Shown: positions 37,913-46,347 of the stretch, in pieces | Numbering within the stretch: position 1 is the stretch's first letter | Layout: each line of letters begins with the position of its first letter | Made by a program: the position numbers and the translations under genes | The notes under the pieces: model-generated | The model's input: only the letters and a program-made list of their open reading frames with translations | What the model was told of the DNA's origin: nothing | Database searches by the model: none | Source of the DNA: an uncultured Actinomycetes bacterium | GTDB lineage: Bacteria; Actinomycetota; UBA4738; HRBIN12 | Direction: 5' to 3' | Length of the DNA: 64,000 bases | NCBI GenBank assembly: GCA_963777495.1 | Contig: CAVZQM010000004.1 | Location: forward strand, 362,715 to 426,714

Positions 37913-38938
37913 TCAGGCGTTCGAGACGACGAGCCACCGCTCGAGGGTCTCGGCGGCCGCGCCGGAGTCGATGGCCTCCCCCGCGATGCGGATCCCGTCA
38001 TCGAGGCTCGGCGCCTTCCCGGCGACCTCGAGCGCGGCCCCGGCGTTGAGCAGGACGACGTCCCGGCGTGGACCGGACTCACCCGCGAGCAACGAGCGGG
38101 CGATCGCCGCGCCGTCGGTCGCATCCCCGCCCCGAAGGTCGTCGAGCGTCGCGTGCGCAAGCCCGAACCTGGTCGGGTCGAGGTGGCCTTCCCGGACGTC
38201 GCCGTCGCGGACGTCGAACACGGTGGAGATGCCGGTCGTGGTCAGCTCGTCCAACCCATCCTCGCCACGGAACACCTTCGCGCGCACGCCGCGCCGGGCA
38301 AGCACCTCGGCCATGAGCGGGAGCATCCGCTCGTCGGACACGCCGACCACCTGTGCGAACGGCCTGGCCGGGTTCGTGAGCGGCCCCAGGAAGTTGAACA
38401 CGGTCGGCACGCGGAGCTCGCCCCGCACCGGTCCCGCATGTCTCGCCGCGGGATGGAACACCGGCGCGAACATGAACCCGATCCCGGCCTCGGCGAGGCA
38501 TCGTTGCACCCCGCCGGCGTCCAGGTCGATCTTGACGCCGAGCGCCTCGAGGAGGTCGGCCGACCCGCAGTGCGACGAAGCGGCGCGGTTGCCGTGCTTC
38601 GCGACCGGCACGCCGGCCCCCGCCACGACGATGGCCGCGATGGTCGAGATGTTGAAGGTGTGGCTGCGGTCCCCGCCGGTTCCGCACGTGTCCACGACCG
38701 GCGTACCAGCCACCACGGGGTTCGCGAAACCGAGGGCCGTCTGCGCGAGACCCTCCAGCTCGTCAACCGTCTCGCCCTTGGTTCGCAACGCCATCAGGAA
38801 CCCGCCGATCTGCCCCGAGGACGCCTCGCCGCTCATGATCACGCGCATGGCCTCTGCGGCATCCTCGGTCGTGAGGGCCTGGTGGGCGATGACGCGCGAG
38901 AGGGTGTGCGGCCAGAAGTCGGGGTCCAGCTCAGCCAT
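37913..38938 (-). CDS. trpD: Anthranilate phosphoribosyltransferase
   Basis: 341 aa with VDTCGTGGDRSHTFNIST and KHGNRAASSHCGSADLLEALG signatures. Confidence 0.95.
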   Translation of the reverse strand: MAELDPDFWPHTLSRVIAHQALTTEDAAEAMRVIMSGEASSGQIGGFLMALRTKGETVDELEGLAQTALGFANPVVAGTPVVDTCGTGGDRSHTFNISTIAAIVVAGAGVPVAKHGNRAASSHCGSADLLEALGVKIDLDAGGVQRCLAEAGIGFMFAPVFHPAARHAGPVRGELRVPTVFNFLGPLTNPARPFAQVVGVSDERMLPLMAEVLARRGVRAKVFRGEDGLDELTTTGISTVFDVRDGDVREGHLDPTRFGLAHATLDDLRGGDATDGAAIARSLLAGESGPRRDVVLLNAGAALEVAGKAPSLDDGIRIAGEAIDSGAAAETLERWLVVSNA

Positions 38939-39020
38939 GGGAGCCGAAACGTAGCAGGTCGCACCGAGGGCTCGAGGCTCGCTACACTTGTGGTCCTTCC
39001 GGTACGTCCGGAGGGGCCAC

Positions 39021-39091
39021 GCGGGTGTGGTTCAATGGCAGAACGTAAGCTTCCCAAGCTTGAGACGGGGGTTCGATTCCCCTCACCCGTC
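39021..39091 (+). tRNA. tRNA-Gly (anticodon CCC)
   Basis: Manual cloverleaf. Acceptor GCGGGTG/CACCCGT (one G-T). D arm GTTC-AATGGCA-GAAC. Anticodon arm TAAGC-TTCCCAA-GCTTG with CCC at 39053-39055. T arm GGGGG-TTCGATT-CCCCT. CCA is not encoded. Confidence 0.85.
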
Positions 39092-39094
39092 ACG

Positions 39095-39590
39095 GGCGGG
39101 AAGATCGGCTCGATCATCGGTCGCAAGCGGGCGTTCCTGCTCGGGCTCTTCATCTACTGCTCGGGCTCGCTGACCACGGCGCTCTCGCCGAACCTCACCG
39201 TGTTGATCATCGGCTGGTCGTTCCTGGAAGGGGTCGGGGCCGCGCTCATCATGCCGGCGATCGTCGCGCTGGTGGCCGGGAACTTCCCCCGGGGGGGCCG
39301 GCCGCGCGCCTACGGCCTGGTGGGCGCGGCCGGGGCGATCGCGATCGCGGTGGGGCCGCTGATCGGCGGACTGGCCACGACGTATGCGTCGTGGAGATGG
39401 GTGTTCGCAGGCGAGGTGCTGATCGGGGTGGGCATCGTCCTGTTCGCTCGGCGCATGTCCGACGCACCGGTGACGGATCGCCCACGCCTGGACGTGCTCG
39501 GTTCGGTGCTCTGGGCCACGGGGATGGGGCTCGCGATCATGGGCGTGCTGCAGTCCGGCGAGTGGGGCTGGTTCCTCCCGGGGGAGGAGC
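39095..39590 (+). pseudogene. Remnant of a DHA2/EmrB-type MFS transporter gene (about 165 codons, no start, lacks both ends)
   Basis: Translation begins immediately after the tRNA with GGKIGSIIGRKRAFLLGL (MFS motif A region) and runs through about 4 TM helices to VLQSGEWGW. It then degenerates and collides with the 3' end of nth. There is no upstream TM1-2 or start codon. Confidence 0.7.
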
Positions 39591-39608
39591 TCCAGACAGA
39601 TCGCCCCC

Positions 39609-40289
39609 TCAGAGGTACCGCGGAGCGGTCGGACACAGATCCTTGAGCGGACACTGGCGGCATCGCGGTGTCGGCGCCTTGCAGATCTCGCGGCCGAGAC
39701 GGATCAGCGCGACGTGCATCGGGGTGCGGAGTCCGTCGGGCACCAGGTCGTGGAGCAACCGATCCGCGCGTTCGGCCGACACGTTCGGTGGTACCAAGCC
39801 GAGGCGTTTCGAGACCCGATGCACGTGCGTGTCCACCGGGATGGCGTCACGGCCCAGCGCGAACGACAGCACGACCGCGGCCGTCTTCGGCCCGACACCC
39901 GGGAGCGACGTGAGATAGGCCCGGGCATCGGCGTCCGACGTTGCCTGCAGGCTCGAGAGGTCGAACCCTCCCTCGCGGTCGCGGACCTCGAGGAGGATCG
40001 CCTGGATCCGCGGTGCCTTCGAGTCGGCCAGCCCCCCGCTGCGGATCGCGTCGGCCACATCGGACGTCGTGGCCTCGGCGACCTGCTCCCACGCCGGGAA
40101 CGCCGCGCGCAGCTGTGCGAACGCGCGCTCCGCGTTGAGGTCGCTGGTGTGCTGCGACAGCACGGTGAGGATCAGTTCGTCTAGCGGGTCGGCACGCCGC
40201 GGAGGCTCGAGCTCACCGAACCGCTTGCGGAGCCGGTTCACGATGGTGCGGACGCGGCGCGGCGTGGCGGTGGCCGACGGGTCGGTCAC
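39609..40289 (-). CDS. nth: Endonuclease III (DNA glycosylase/AP lyase)
   Basis: HhH-GPD motif (LPGVGPKTAAVVL...VDTHVHRV) and a C-terminal 4Fe-4S cluster loop (CKAPTPRCRQCPLKDLC). The GTG start overlaps the dnaB stop. Confidence 0.9.
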   Translation of the reverse strand: MTDPSATATPRRVRTIVNRLRKRFGELEPPRRADPLDELILTVLSQHTSDLNAERAFAQLRAAFPAWEQVAEATTSDVADAIRSGGLADSKAPRIQAILLEVRDREGGFDLSSLQATSDADARAYLTSLPGVGPKTAAVVLSFALGRDAIPVDTHVHRVSKRLGLVPPNVSAERADRLLHDLVPDGLRTPMHVALIRLGREICKAPTPRCRQCPLKDLCPTAPRYL

Positions 40290-41656
40290 GGCGCGTCGCG
40301 TGCGGCGTTACGGAACTGCGTCAGGGAGGGCTCGAAGTCCAACCGGATGTTGCCGGTGGGCCCGTTGCGGTGCTTCGCGATGATGAGCTCGGTCTGACGC
40401 TTCTTCTCGGGGTCGGCGTCGTCGCGATGGATGAACATGACGACGTCGGAGTCCTGCTCGATGGCGCCCGATTCGCGGAGGTCGGACAGCTGCGGCCGTT
40501 TGTCGGCTCGCGCCTCCGGGTTGCGGTTGAGCTGGGACAGCGCGATCACCGGAACATGGAGCTCCTTCGCGAGCAGCTTCAGGGAACGACTGATCTCGGC
40601 GACTTCCTGCTGGCGGTTGTCGGGCCGGCGCGTGAGTGGGCTGGTCATGAGCTGCAAGTAGTCGACGATGATCAGCTCCAGCCCCTGCCGGCCGGTCCGC
40701 ATCCGGCGGGCCTTCGCGCGGATGTCGACGATGTTGACGTTGCCCGAGTCGACGATGTGCAGCGGCACGTCGTGCAGGACCTCGGCGGCTTGCACGACAC
40801 GGGACCAGTCGTCGGGCCCGACACGCTTGTTCCGGATGCGATCCCACGCGACCTTCGCCTCCGAGCACAACAGGCGCATGCCGATCTCCTGGCGCGACAT
40901 CTCGAGTGAGAAGAGCGCCACCGGATGGCGGCCGAGCGCGACGTTGCGGGCGATGTTGGTGGCGAGGGACGACTTGCCGACGCCCGGTCGAGCGGCGATC
41001 ACGATGAGGTTGCCCGGCTGCAGACCCGACGTCAGGTCGTCGAGGTCGCGGAACCCCGACGGCAGGCCGGTGTAGGCCGTATCCCGGTTCTGGATGTTCT
41101 CCAGGTCGATCATGGCCTGATCGACCAGGTCACGGAGGATGGCGACCTCGTCGGCGTCCTCACGACGGGCGACGTCGTAGATCCGCTGCTCGGCGTCGTC
41201 GGCGACCCCTTCCGGATCGGCGGGCGCCGCGTACGCCATGTCCATGATGTCGGCCGCGGCGCCGATCAACCGCCGGAGCAGGGCGGTCTGCGACACGATC
41301 CGCGCGTAGTGCTGGGCGGAGGCGGGGGTCGGCACCTGCTCGACGAGGTCGCGCATGTAGAGCGGACCGCCGATGTCCTCGAGGAGCGCGGCGCGCTTCA
41401 GCGCCTCGATGCCCGTCACGATGTCGACCGGCTCGCCCCTGGCGTACAGGCCTCGGAGCACCTCGTAGATCTTGCCGTTGGCCGATCGATAGAAGTCGTC
41501 GGCCTGCAGTACCTCGACGACGTCGGCGATGGCCTCGGACGAGAGCATCATGGCGCCGAGGACGGACTCCTCGGCCTCGACGTTCTGTGGAGGGATCCGG
41601 GGGTCGCTCTTGGCGATACGCCGCACGTCTTCAACCGTGCGCGCCAAGACCTTCAC
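40286..41656 (-). CDS. dnaB: Replicative DNA helicase DnaB
   Basis: 456 aa with N-terminal PPQNVEAEESVLGAMM and Walker A ARPGVGKSS. It has RecA-like C-terminal domain motifs and no intein. Confidence 0.95.
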   Translation of the reverse strand: MKVLARTVEDVRRIAKSDPRIPPQNVEAEESVLGAMMLSSEAIADVVEVLQADDFYRSANGKIYEVLRGLYARGEPVDIVTGIEALKRAALLEDIGGPLYMRDLVEQVPTPASAQHYARIVSQTALLRRLIGAAADIMDMAYAAPADPEGVADDAEQRIYDVARREDADEVAILRDLVDQAMIDLENIQNRDTAYTGLPSGFRDLDDLTSGLQPGNLIVIAARPGVGKSSLATNIARNVALGRHPVALFSLEMSRQEIGMRLLCSEAKVAWDRIRNKRVGPDDWSRVVQAAEVLHDVPLHIVDSGNVNIVDIRAKARRMRTGRQGLELIIVDYLQLMTSPLTRRPDNRQQEVAEISRSLKLLAKELHVPVIALSQLNRNPEARADKRPQLSDLRESGAIEQDSDVVMFIHRDDADPEKKRQTELIIAKHRNGPTGNIRLDFEPSLTQFRNAARDAP

Positions 41657-41738
41657 CCCTCCCCGTTCCTTCGCCCCGAGCAGCGGACCCGCGAAGCGGG
41701 CCCATCAACGGAGGCTACGCTTCGCGCTGGGAAGTTCC

Positions 41739-41853
41739 ATTGGATAACCGGTGTGGATTGCTGCACCGCAGGTCGCGGGGAAAGATTCCTTGTCACTCCG
41801 GCGCTGACCTGCGCTTTCCCCATGTGGATAAGCATGGGGACAAGTGTGAATCA
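41739..41853. promoter_or_regulatory. Cluster of five DnaA-box-like 9-mers in the dnaB/arsR intergenic region
   Basis: All are in the same orientation on the plus strand: ATTGGATAA 41739, TGTGGATTG 41752, TGTGGATAA 41823 (exact reverse complement of TTATCCACA), TGGGGACAA 41835 and TGTGAATCA 41845. The perfect box lies in the loop of the hairpin CCCCATG/CATGGGG (41818-41839). Confidence 0.4.
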
Positions 41854-41943
41854 CACCTCTGACATTCGCTGGTGGCCTGCGCCCGGCGAGCGTGAGTCGG
41901 CCGACGACCTCATAAGCTACAAGAATCGTTGTATCTTTGAGCG

Positions 41944-42525
41944 ATGTCGAAGACCGAGCCGTCCACACCTTCGAGTCTCAGCGGCGTCGCGGCGATGCGC
42001 GCTCTCGCTCACCCCACACGTCTCCGCATGGTGGAGCTCCTCCGCCAGGAGCCCCTGTCTGCCTCCGAGCTCGCCCGGCGGCTCGAGATCCGGTTCGGGA
42101 GTGCCCGGTTCCACCTCCAGCAGCTGGTGCGAGGCGGGATGGCACATCCCGCCGGCGAACGACGGGTGCGGGGTGGTGTGGAGCTCCTGTTCTCGTCCCC
42201 GGATGACGTGTGGATCGACAGCGATCCAGACGACCCCGCCACCACGGCTGCGATGCATCGCGCGCTGACCGTCGAGCTCGGTCGCCGGCTCAGGGCGGCC
42301 ACGGCCGATCAACGACCGGGCGATTCGGCGCTCGACGTCGTCTCCCTCCGACAGGTCCGACTGACACCCGAGGACCGGGCCCGTGCGGAACGCATCGCGG
42401 ACGACGCGATCCGCCGGATCCGTGCGTTGGATTCCGGGGACGGGGGAACGGAGCCCGTGACGCTCGGCCTGTTCCTCTTCCGCATGCCCTCGCCGTCGGC
42501 GGACGGGTCGGCCCACCACGGATGA
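41944..42525 (+). CDS. ArsR-family winged-helix transcriptional regulator
   Basis: 193 aa. ALAHPTRLRMVELLRQEPLSASELARRLEIRFGSARFHLQQLV is an ArsR-type HTH. The stop overlaps the following MFS start (ATGA). Confidence 0.75.
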   Translation: MSKTEPSTPSSLSGVAAMRALAHPTRLRMVELLRQEPLSASELARRLEIRFGSARFHLQQLVRGGMAHPAGERRVRGGVELLFSSPDDVWIDSDPDDPATTAAMHRALTVELGRRLRAATADQRPGDSALDVVSLRQVRLTPEDRARAERIADDAIRRIRALDSGDGGTEPVTLGLFLFRMPSPSADGSAHHG

Positions 42526-43720
42526 GCGCCGGCCCACGGCCACGGAACCTCCTGTTCCGCAACCGCATGTTCCGGCGGATGTGGACGGCGCGGGCGATCT
42601 CGTTCATCGGCGACGGCATCGCGATCACCGCGCTCGTGCTGCATGTGGGTTCGGCCAGCGGCACCGGCACCGCCGTCGGCGCCCTGCTGCTTGCGCAAGC
42701 GCTCCCCCACCTGCTGGGCCCGATGGCCGGCGTGATCGCAGACCGGACGGATCAACGCCGCCTGATGGTGGCGTGCAACGTGGGCAACGCCGTGGTGTTC
42801 GGCGTCGCCGCCTGGATCCTGCCCGGACTTCCGGGTCTCCTCTTCCTCGTCGCCACGTCGGCGACCCTCGACACGATCTTCGGCCCGGCGGGCCGCAGCG
42901 CGATCCCCGCCCTGGTCGACGAAGCGGACCTCCTCTCGGCGAACGCATGGCTGGGGACGGCGCTCAATATGCAGGTGGCCGTCGGTCCGTTGCTCGGCGG
43001 GCTCCTCGTCGCGACGCTCGGCACCCGCGGCGCATTGGCCGCGGACGCGGCGTCGTTCCTGCTGTCGGCGGCGCTGCTCCTCCGCGTGCGGCGGCTGCCG
43101 CCGGATCGTTCGCGCGCGGACGATCCACCGAGCTTCCTGGCGGATACCCGAGAGGGCCTGGCCTACGTCCGGCGGCAGCCCATCGCGAGGGCCGTGGTCA
43201 TCACGCTCTTCCTCGGCGTGGCGTTCGCGGGGATCGACAACGTGGCGTTGGTGTTCTTGTCGAGGGACGTCCTGGGTGCCGGGCCGTTGGGGTTCGGAGT
43301 GGTCGCCGCCGCGTTCGGCGTGGGCATGCTCGTGGCGTCGGTCGCGCTCTCGGGGGGCCGCAGCCGTTCGCCGCGCTCGCTCTTCATCGGCGGATGGCTC
43401 CTCACGGCGGCGGGCACGCTGCTCACCGGGCTGGCCCCGGCGATCTGGTTCGCGACGGTCGCCCAAGCGGTGGGCGGGGCGGGCAACGGCGCGGACAACG
43501 TGGCGTCCGACACCTTGATCCAACGCAGCGTGCCCAGGGAGATGCTCGGCCGCGTCTTCGGCGTGACCTCCACGGCCGCGTTCGTGGTGGGGGCATCGCG
43601 TACGCGGCCGGCGGCCCGCTGCTCGATGCCACATCACCGCGGTTCGTGTTCTTGGTGGCCGCGGCAGGCGTGATCGCCGTGGTCGGGCTGGCGCACCACA
43701 TGCTCCCGAGGGACGCCTGA
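42522..43720 (+). CDS. MFS transporter, interrupted by a -1 frameshift near its 3' end as assembled
   Basis: Frame A (42522..43673) gives 11 TM-like helices. After the G5 run at 43589-43593 the plausible last helix (GGIAYAAGGPLLDATSPRFVFLVAAAGVIAVVGLA) continues in the frame of ORF 42581..43720. Confidence 0.75.
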
Positions 43721-43726
43721 CACGTC

Positions 43727-43754
43727 GAAGGCCGGGCCGCTCGGCCCGGCCTTC
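43727..43754. terminator. Hairpin between convergent MFS and rplI genes (12-bp stem, GCTC loop)
   Basis: GAAGGCCGGGCC (43727-43738) pairs perfectly with GGCCCGGCCTTC (43743-43754). Confidence 0.55.
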
Positions 43755-43781
43755 GTGGCCGTTCGTCGACCGTGGCCCCGG

Positions 43782-44231
43782 CTAGTCCTCGGACGCGACC
43801 TCGATCGTCAGTACCGGTTCCACCTCCGGGAAGAGGTGGATGCGAACCTCGTGCGTCCCGAGGGACCGGATGGGCTCGTCGAGGTGCACGTCCTTGCGAT
43901 CCACCTGGATCCCGGTCTGGGCCGCGATCGCCGACGCGACGTCGGCGGCCGTGACGGAGCCGAAGAGCTTGCCCTCCTCCCCCGCCCGCGCAGGGATGGA
44001 GACCCTGGACGCGATCAGCGTGGAGGCGACGGCCTCGAACTCGACCTTCTCCTTCGACTGGCGTGATGCGTGCGCCCGCTTCAGGTTCTCGGCGTGCTTC
44101 AGGGCGCCCTTCTCGGCCCGGACGGCCAAGCCGTGGGGGACGAGAAAGTTCCGCGCGTAGCCCGCGGCCACGTCGACGACGTCGCCGGGGTCGCCCAGCT
44201 TCTCGACGGGCTTCTGGAGGATGACCTTCAT
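43782..44231 (-). CDS. rplI: 50S ribosomal protein L9
   Basis: 149 aa starting [32 protein letters not shown]. The ATG overlaps the rpsR stop. Confidence 0.95.
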   Translation of the reverse strand: MKVILQKPVEKLGDPGDVVDVAAGYARNFLVPHGLAVRAEKGALKHAENLKRAHASRQSKEKVEFEAVASTLIASRVSIPARAGEEGKLFGSVTAADVASAIAAQTGIQVDRKDVHLDEPIRSLGTHEVRIHLFPEVEPVLTIEVASED

Positions 44232-44509
44232 CGCGCCGCGTACGGCAGGAGCGCCATCTGACGAGCGTTCTTGACGGCGGTGGCCACGTCTCGCTGGTGC
44301 TGCACGCAGTTGCCCGTCACCCGGCGCGCGCGGATCTTGCCGCGCTCGGAGACGAACTTCCGCAGCGAGACCACGTCCTTGTAGTCGACGTAGTCGATCT
44401 TCTCTTTGCAGTAGACGCACGCCTTGCGCTTGGTTTTCTTCCAAGGCTTGTCGTCCTTCTCGCGCTTGGGGCGCCTGGCCCCATCGCGTGGTTTCCCTTT
44501 ACCCGCCAT
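44228..44509 (-). CDS. rpsR: 30S ribosomal protein S18
   Basis: 93 aa with the [29 protein letters not shown] signature. Confidence 0.95.
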   Translation of the reverse strand: MAGKGKPRDGARRPKREKDDKPWKKTKRKACVYCKEKIDYVDYKDVVSLRKFVSERGKIRARRVTGNCVQHQRDVATAVKNARQMALLPYAAR

Positions 44510-44957
44510 CCAGTGGTGTCTCCTCTTGACTCGAGCCGCCGACCGGTGCAGCCACCTTCTCGCCCCAGTCCCCGGAACTCGATCCGGAGGAGGAACGCGG
44601 GTTCCGCTCGATGCGAGCGGTGGCCCACCGCAAGCTCGGACCGATCTCGTCGGCCTCGATCTCGACGGCGCTTCGCTTCTCGCCGTCCTGGCTCTCCCAG
44701 GCTCGGTACTGCAGCCGGCCGGACACGACCACGCGCGTCCCGCGCGTGAGCGTCTCGGCCACGTTCTCCGCGAGAGAACGCCAGCAGTTCACGGAGAAGT
44801 ACGACGCCTCTCCGTCCTTCCACCCACCGGCGCCGTCGGGGGTCCGGCGGTTCACGGCGATCCGGAACTTGCACACCGCCGCCCCGTTCGGCGTGTAGCG
44901 CAGCTCGGGGTCGTCGGTCAGGTTGCCGATCACGGTCACCTGGTTGTCGTTCGCCAT
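44499..44957 (-). CDS. ssb: Single-stranded DNA-binding protein
   Basis: 152 aa with an OB-fold N-terminus ([30 protein letters not shown]) and a G/S-rich tail. Confidence 0.95.
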   Translation of the reverse strand: MANDNQVTVIGNLTDDPELRYTPNGAAVCKFRIAVNRRTPDGAGGWKDGEASYFSVNCWRSLAENVAETLTRGTRVVVSGRLQYRAWESQDGEKRSAVEIEADEIGPSLRWATARIERNPRSSSGSSSGDWGEKVAAPVGGSSQEETPLDGG

Positions 44958-45003
44958 GTCAACTCACCACCTCAACTGTTGTCCGCACCGCGACGCGTAT
45001 GGC

Positions 45004-45339
45004 TCACGCCGGGGTGGGGGAAGGTGCCTTGTGCTTCTGCGGTTTGTCCTTCTTCTCGGGCACCACCAGCACCTTGTGCCGGACGATCTCGTCGGCCAGG
45101 TTCAGCGTGCGCTCGAGCTCGGCCGCGGTCGTCGGCTCCGCCGTGAATCGCACGACGACGTAGTACCCCTCCGTCTGATGTGCGATCTCGTACGCGAAGC
45201 GCCGGCGTCCCCACCGATCGATCTTCCCGACCTCGCCACCGGCGGTCGACACCACCTTGGTGATCCGGTCGACCGCCGTTCCGACCAGCGCTTCGTCGGC
45301 CTCGGCGGGCAGGATGAACATGATCTCGTACTCCCTCAA
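45004..45339 (-). CDS. rpsF: 30S ribosomal protein S6
   Basis: REYEIMFIL...RRFAYEI pattern. TTG 45339 is preceded by AGGAGG with a 5-nt spacer. The longer ORF up to 45435 is not protein-like upstream of this start. Confidence 0.9.
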   Translation of the reverse strand: MREYEIMFILPAEADEALVGTAVDRITKVVSTAGGEVGKIDRWGRRRFAYEIAHQTEGYYVVVRFTAEPTTAAELERTLNLADEIVRHKVLVVPEKKDKPQKHKAPSPTPA

Positions 45340-45405
45340 CTCCACCTCCTCTGGTCTGGACGGCCCCCTCGGAGAGGGAGCAGGGGGTCTTACGAGGGCG
45401 TCCAG
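45340..45405 (-). promoter_or_regulatory. Candidate rpsF leader hairpin (possible S6:S18 autoregulatory structure)
   Basis: Immediately 5' of the SD on the minus strand. CTGGACG/CGTCCAG (45356-45362 / 45399-45405) encloses CCCTCG/CGAGGG with a 3-nt bulge and a C-rich loop. The assignment to the known leader class is an inference. Confidence 0.3.
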
Positions 45406-45544
45406 AGTGTACGGGACATGGCGCGACCCTAGCATCGGGTGCCGACATCCTGGGCTCAGGTCCTCGCCGCCACGGCGACGCGTCGGCCCGCGCTACACTG
45501 AGGTCGACTGCCGTGCACTCGATACCCGCAAGGAGGCGCGAGCG

Positions 45545-46330
45545 ATGAGCGTTTCGATCCACGACCTACGCGCGTGGAAGGCCGAAGGCAAGCGGTTCGT
45601 CATGCTGACGGCATACGACTTCCCCACGGCCCAGATCCTCGACCGAGCAGGCGTTCCGGTCCTGCTCGTGGGAGATTCCGTGGGACGCAACGTCCTCGGT
45701 TATCCCAATGAGCTCCCGGTCACGATGGAGGACATGCTCCATCACGTGAAGGCCGTCGCCCGGGGAGCGGAGCACGCGATGGTGGTCGGCGACATGCCGT
45801 TCATGTCCTTCCAGGCCTCGGTCGAGGAGGGCGTTCGCAACGCCGGACGTCTCATCAAGGAAGGCGGCGCCCATGCCGTGAAGATCGAGGGGGTCCAGCT
45901 GGACCTGGTGCAGCGGCTGGTCGACATCGGGATACCGGTCATGGGCCACATCGGTCTGACCCCACAATCCGTCTACGGGCTGGGCGGCTTCAAGGTGCAG
46001 GGTCGCGGCGAGGCCGCCACCAAGGTCATGGAGCAGGCCACGCAGCTCGAGAAGGCCGGCGCGTTCGCGGTCGTGCTCGAAGCCATGCCCGCCGAGCTGG
46101 GTGAGGAGATCTCGCGCTCCGTGCAGATCCCGACGATCGGGATCGGGGCGGGGGCCGGCTGCGATGCCCAGGTGTTGGTGATCCACGACCTCCTGGGCAT
46201 CACCGAGAGGCCACCGAAGCTGGCGAAGGCCTATACGGATCTCCGCACGTCGATGACGCAGGCGGTCGAGGCGTTCGTGGCCGACGTGGAGCGGGGCGAT
46301 TTCCCCGACCCGGATCACAGCTACTCCTGA
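45545..46330 (+). CDS. panB: 3-methyl-2-oxobutanoate hydroxymethyltransferase
   Basis: 261 aa from the internal ATG, with FVMLTAYDFPTAQILD, LLVGDSVG and VKIEGV motifs. Confidence 0.95.
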   Translation: MSVSIHDLRAWKAEGKRFVMLTAYDFPTAQILDRAGVPVLLVGDSVGRNVLGYPNELPVTMEDMLHHVKAVARGAEHAMVVGDMPFMSFQASVEEGVRNAGRLIKEGGAHAVKIEGVQLDLVQRLVDIGIPVMGHIGLTPQSVYGLGGFKVQGRGEAATKVMEQATQLEKAGAFAVVLEAMPAELGEEISRSVQIPTIGIGAGAGCDAQVLVIHDLLGITERPPKLAKAYTDLRTSMTQAVEAFVADVERGDFPDPDHSYS

Positions 46331-46347
46331 GCTGACCCCCGCGGAAG

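Noticed and set aside
39092-39650. Integrated mobile element next to tRNA-Gly
   Set aside because: There is no integrase, transposase or phage gene, and no direct repeat of the tRNA 3' end in the window. Only the MFS remnant supports a past rearrangement.
41657-41943. Chromosomal replication origin (oriC)
   Set aside because: DnaA-box-like motifs are present, but there is no dnaA/dnaN context. The only AT-richer stretch is short (about 41915-41940) and I could not establish it as an unwinding element. It is reported only as a DnaA-box cluster.
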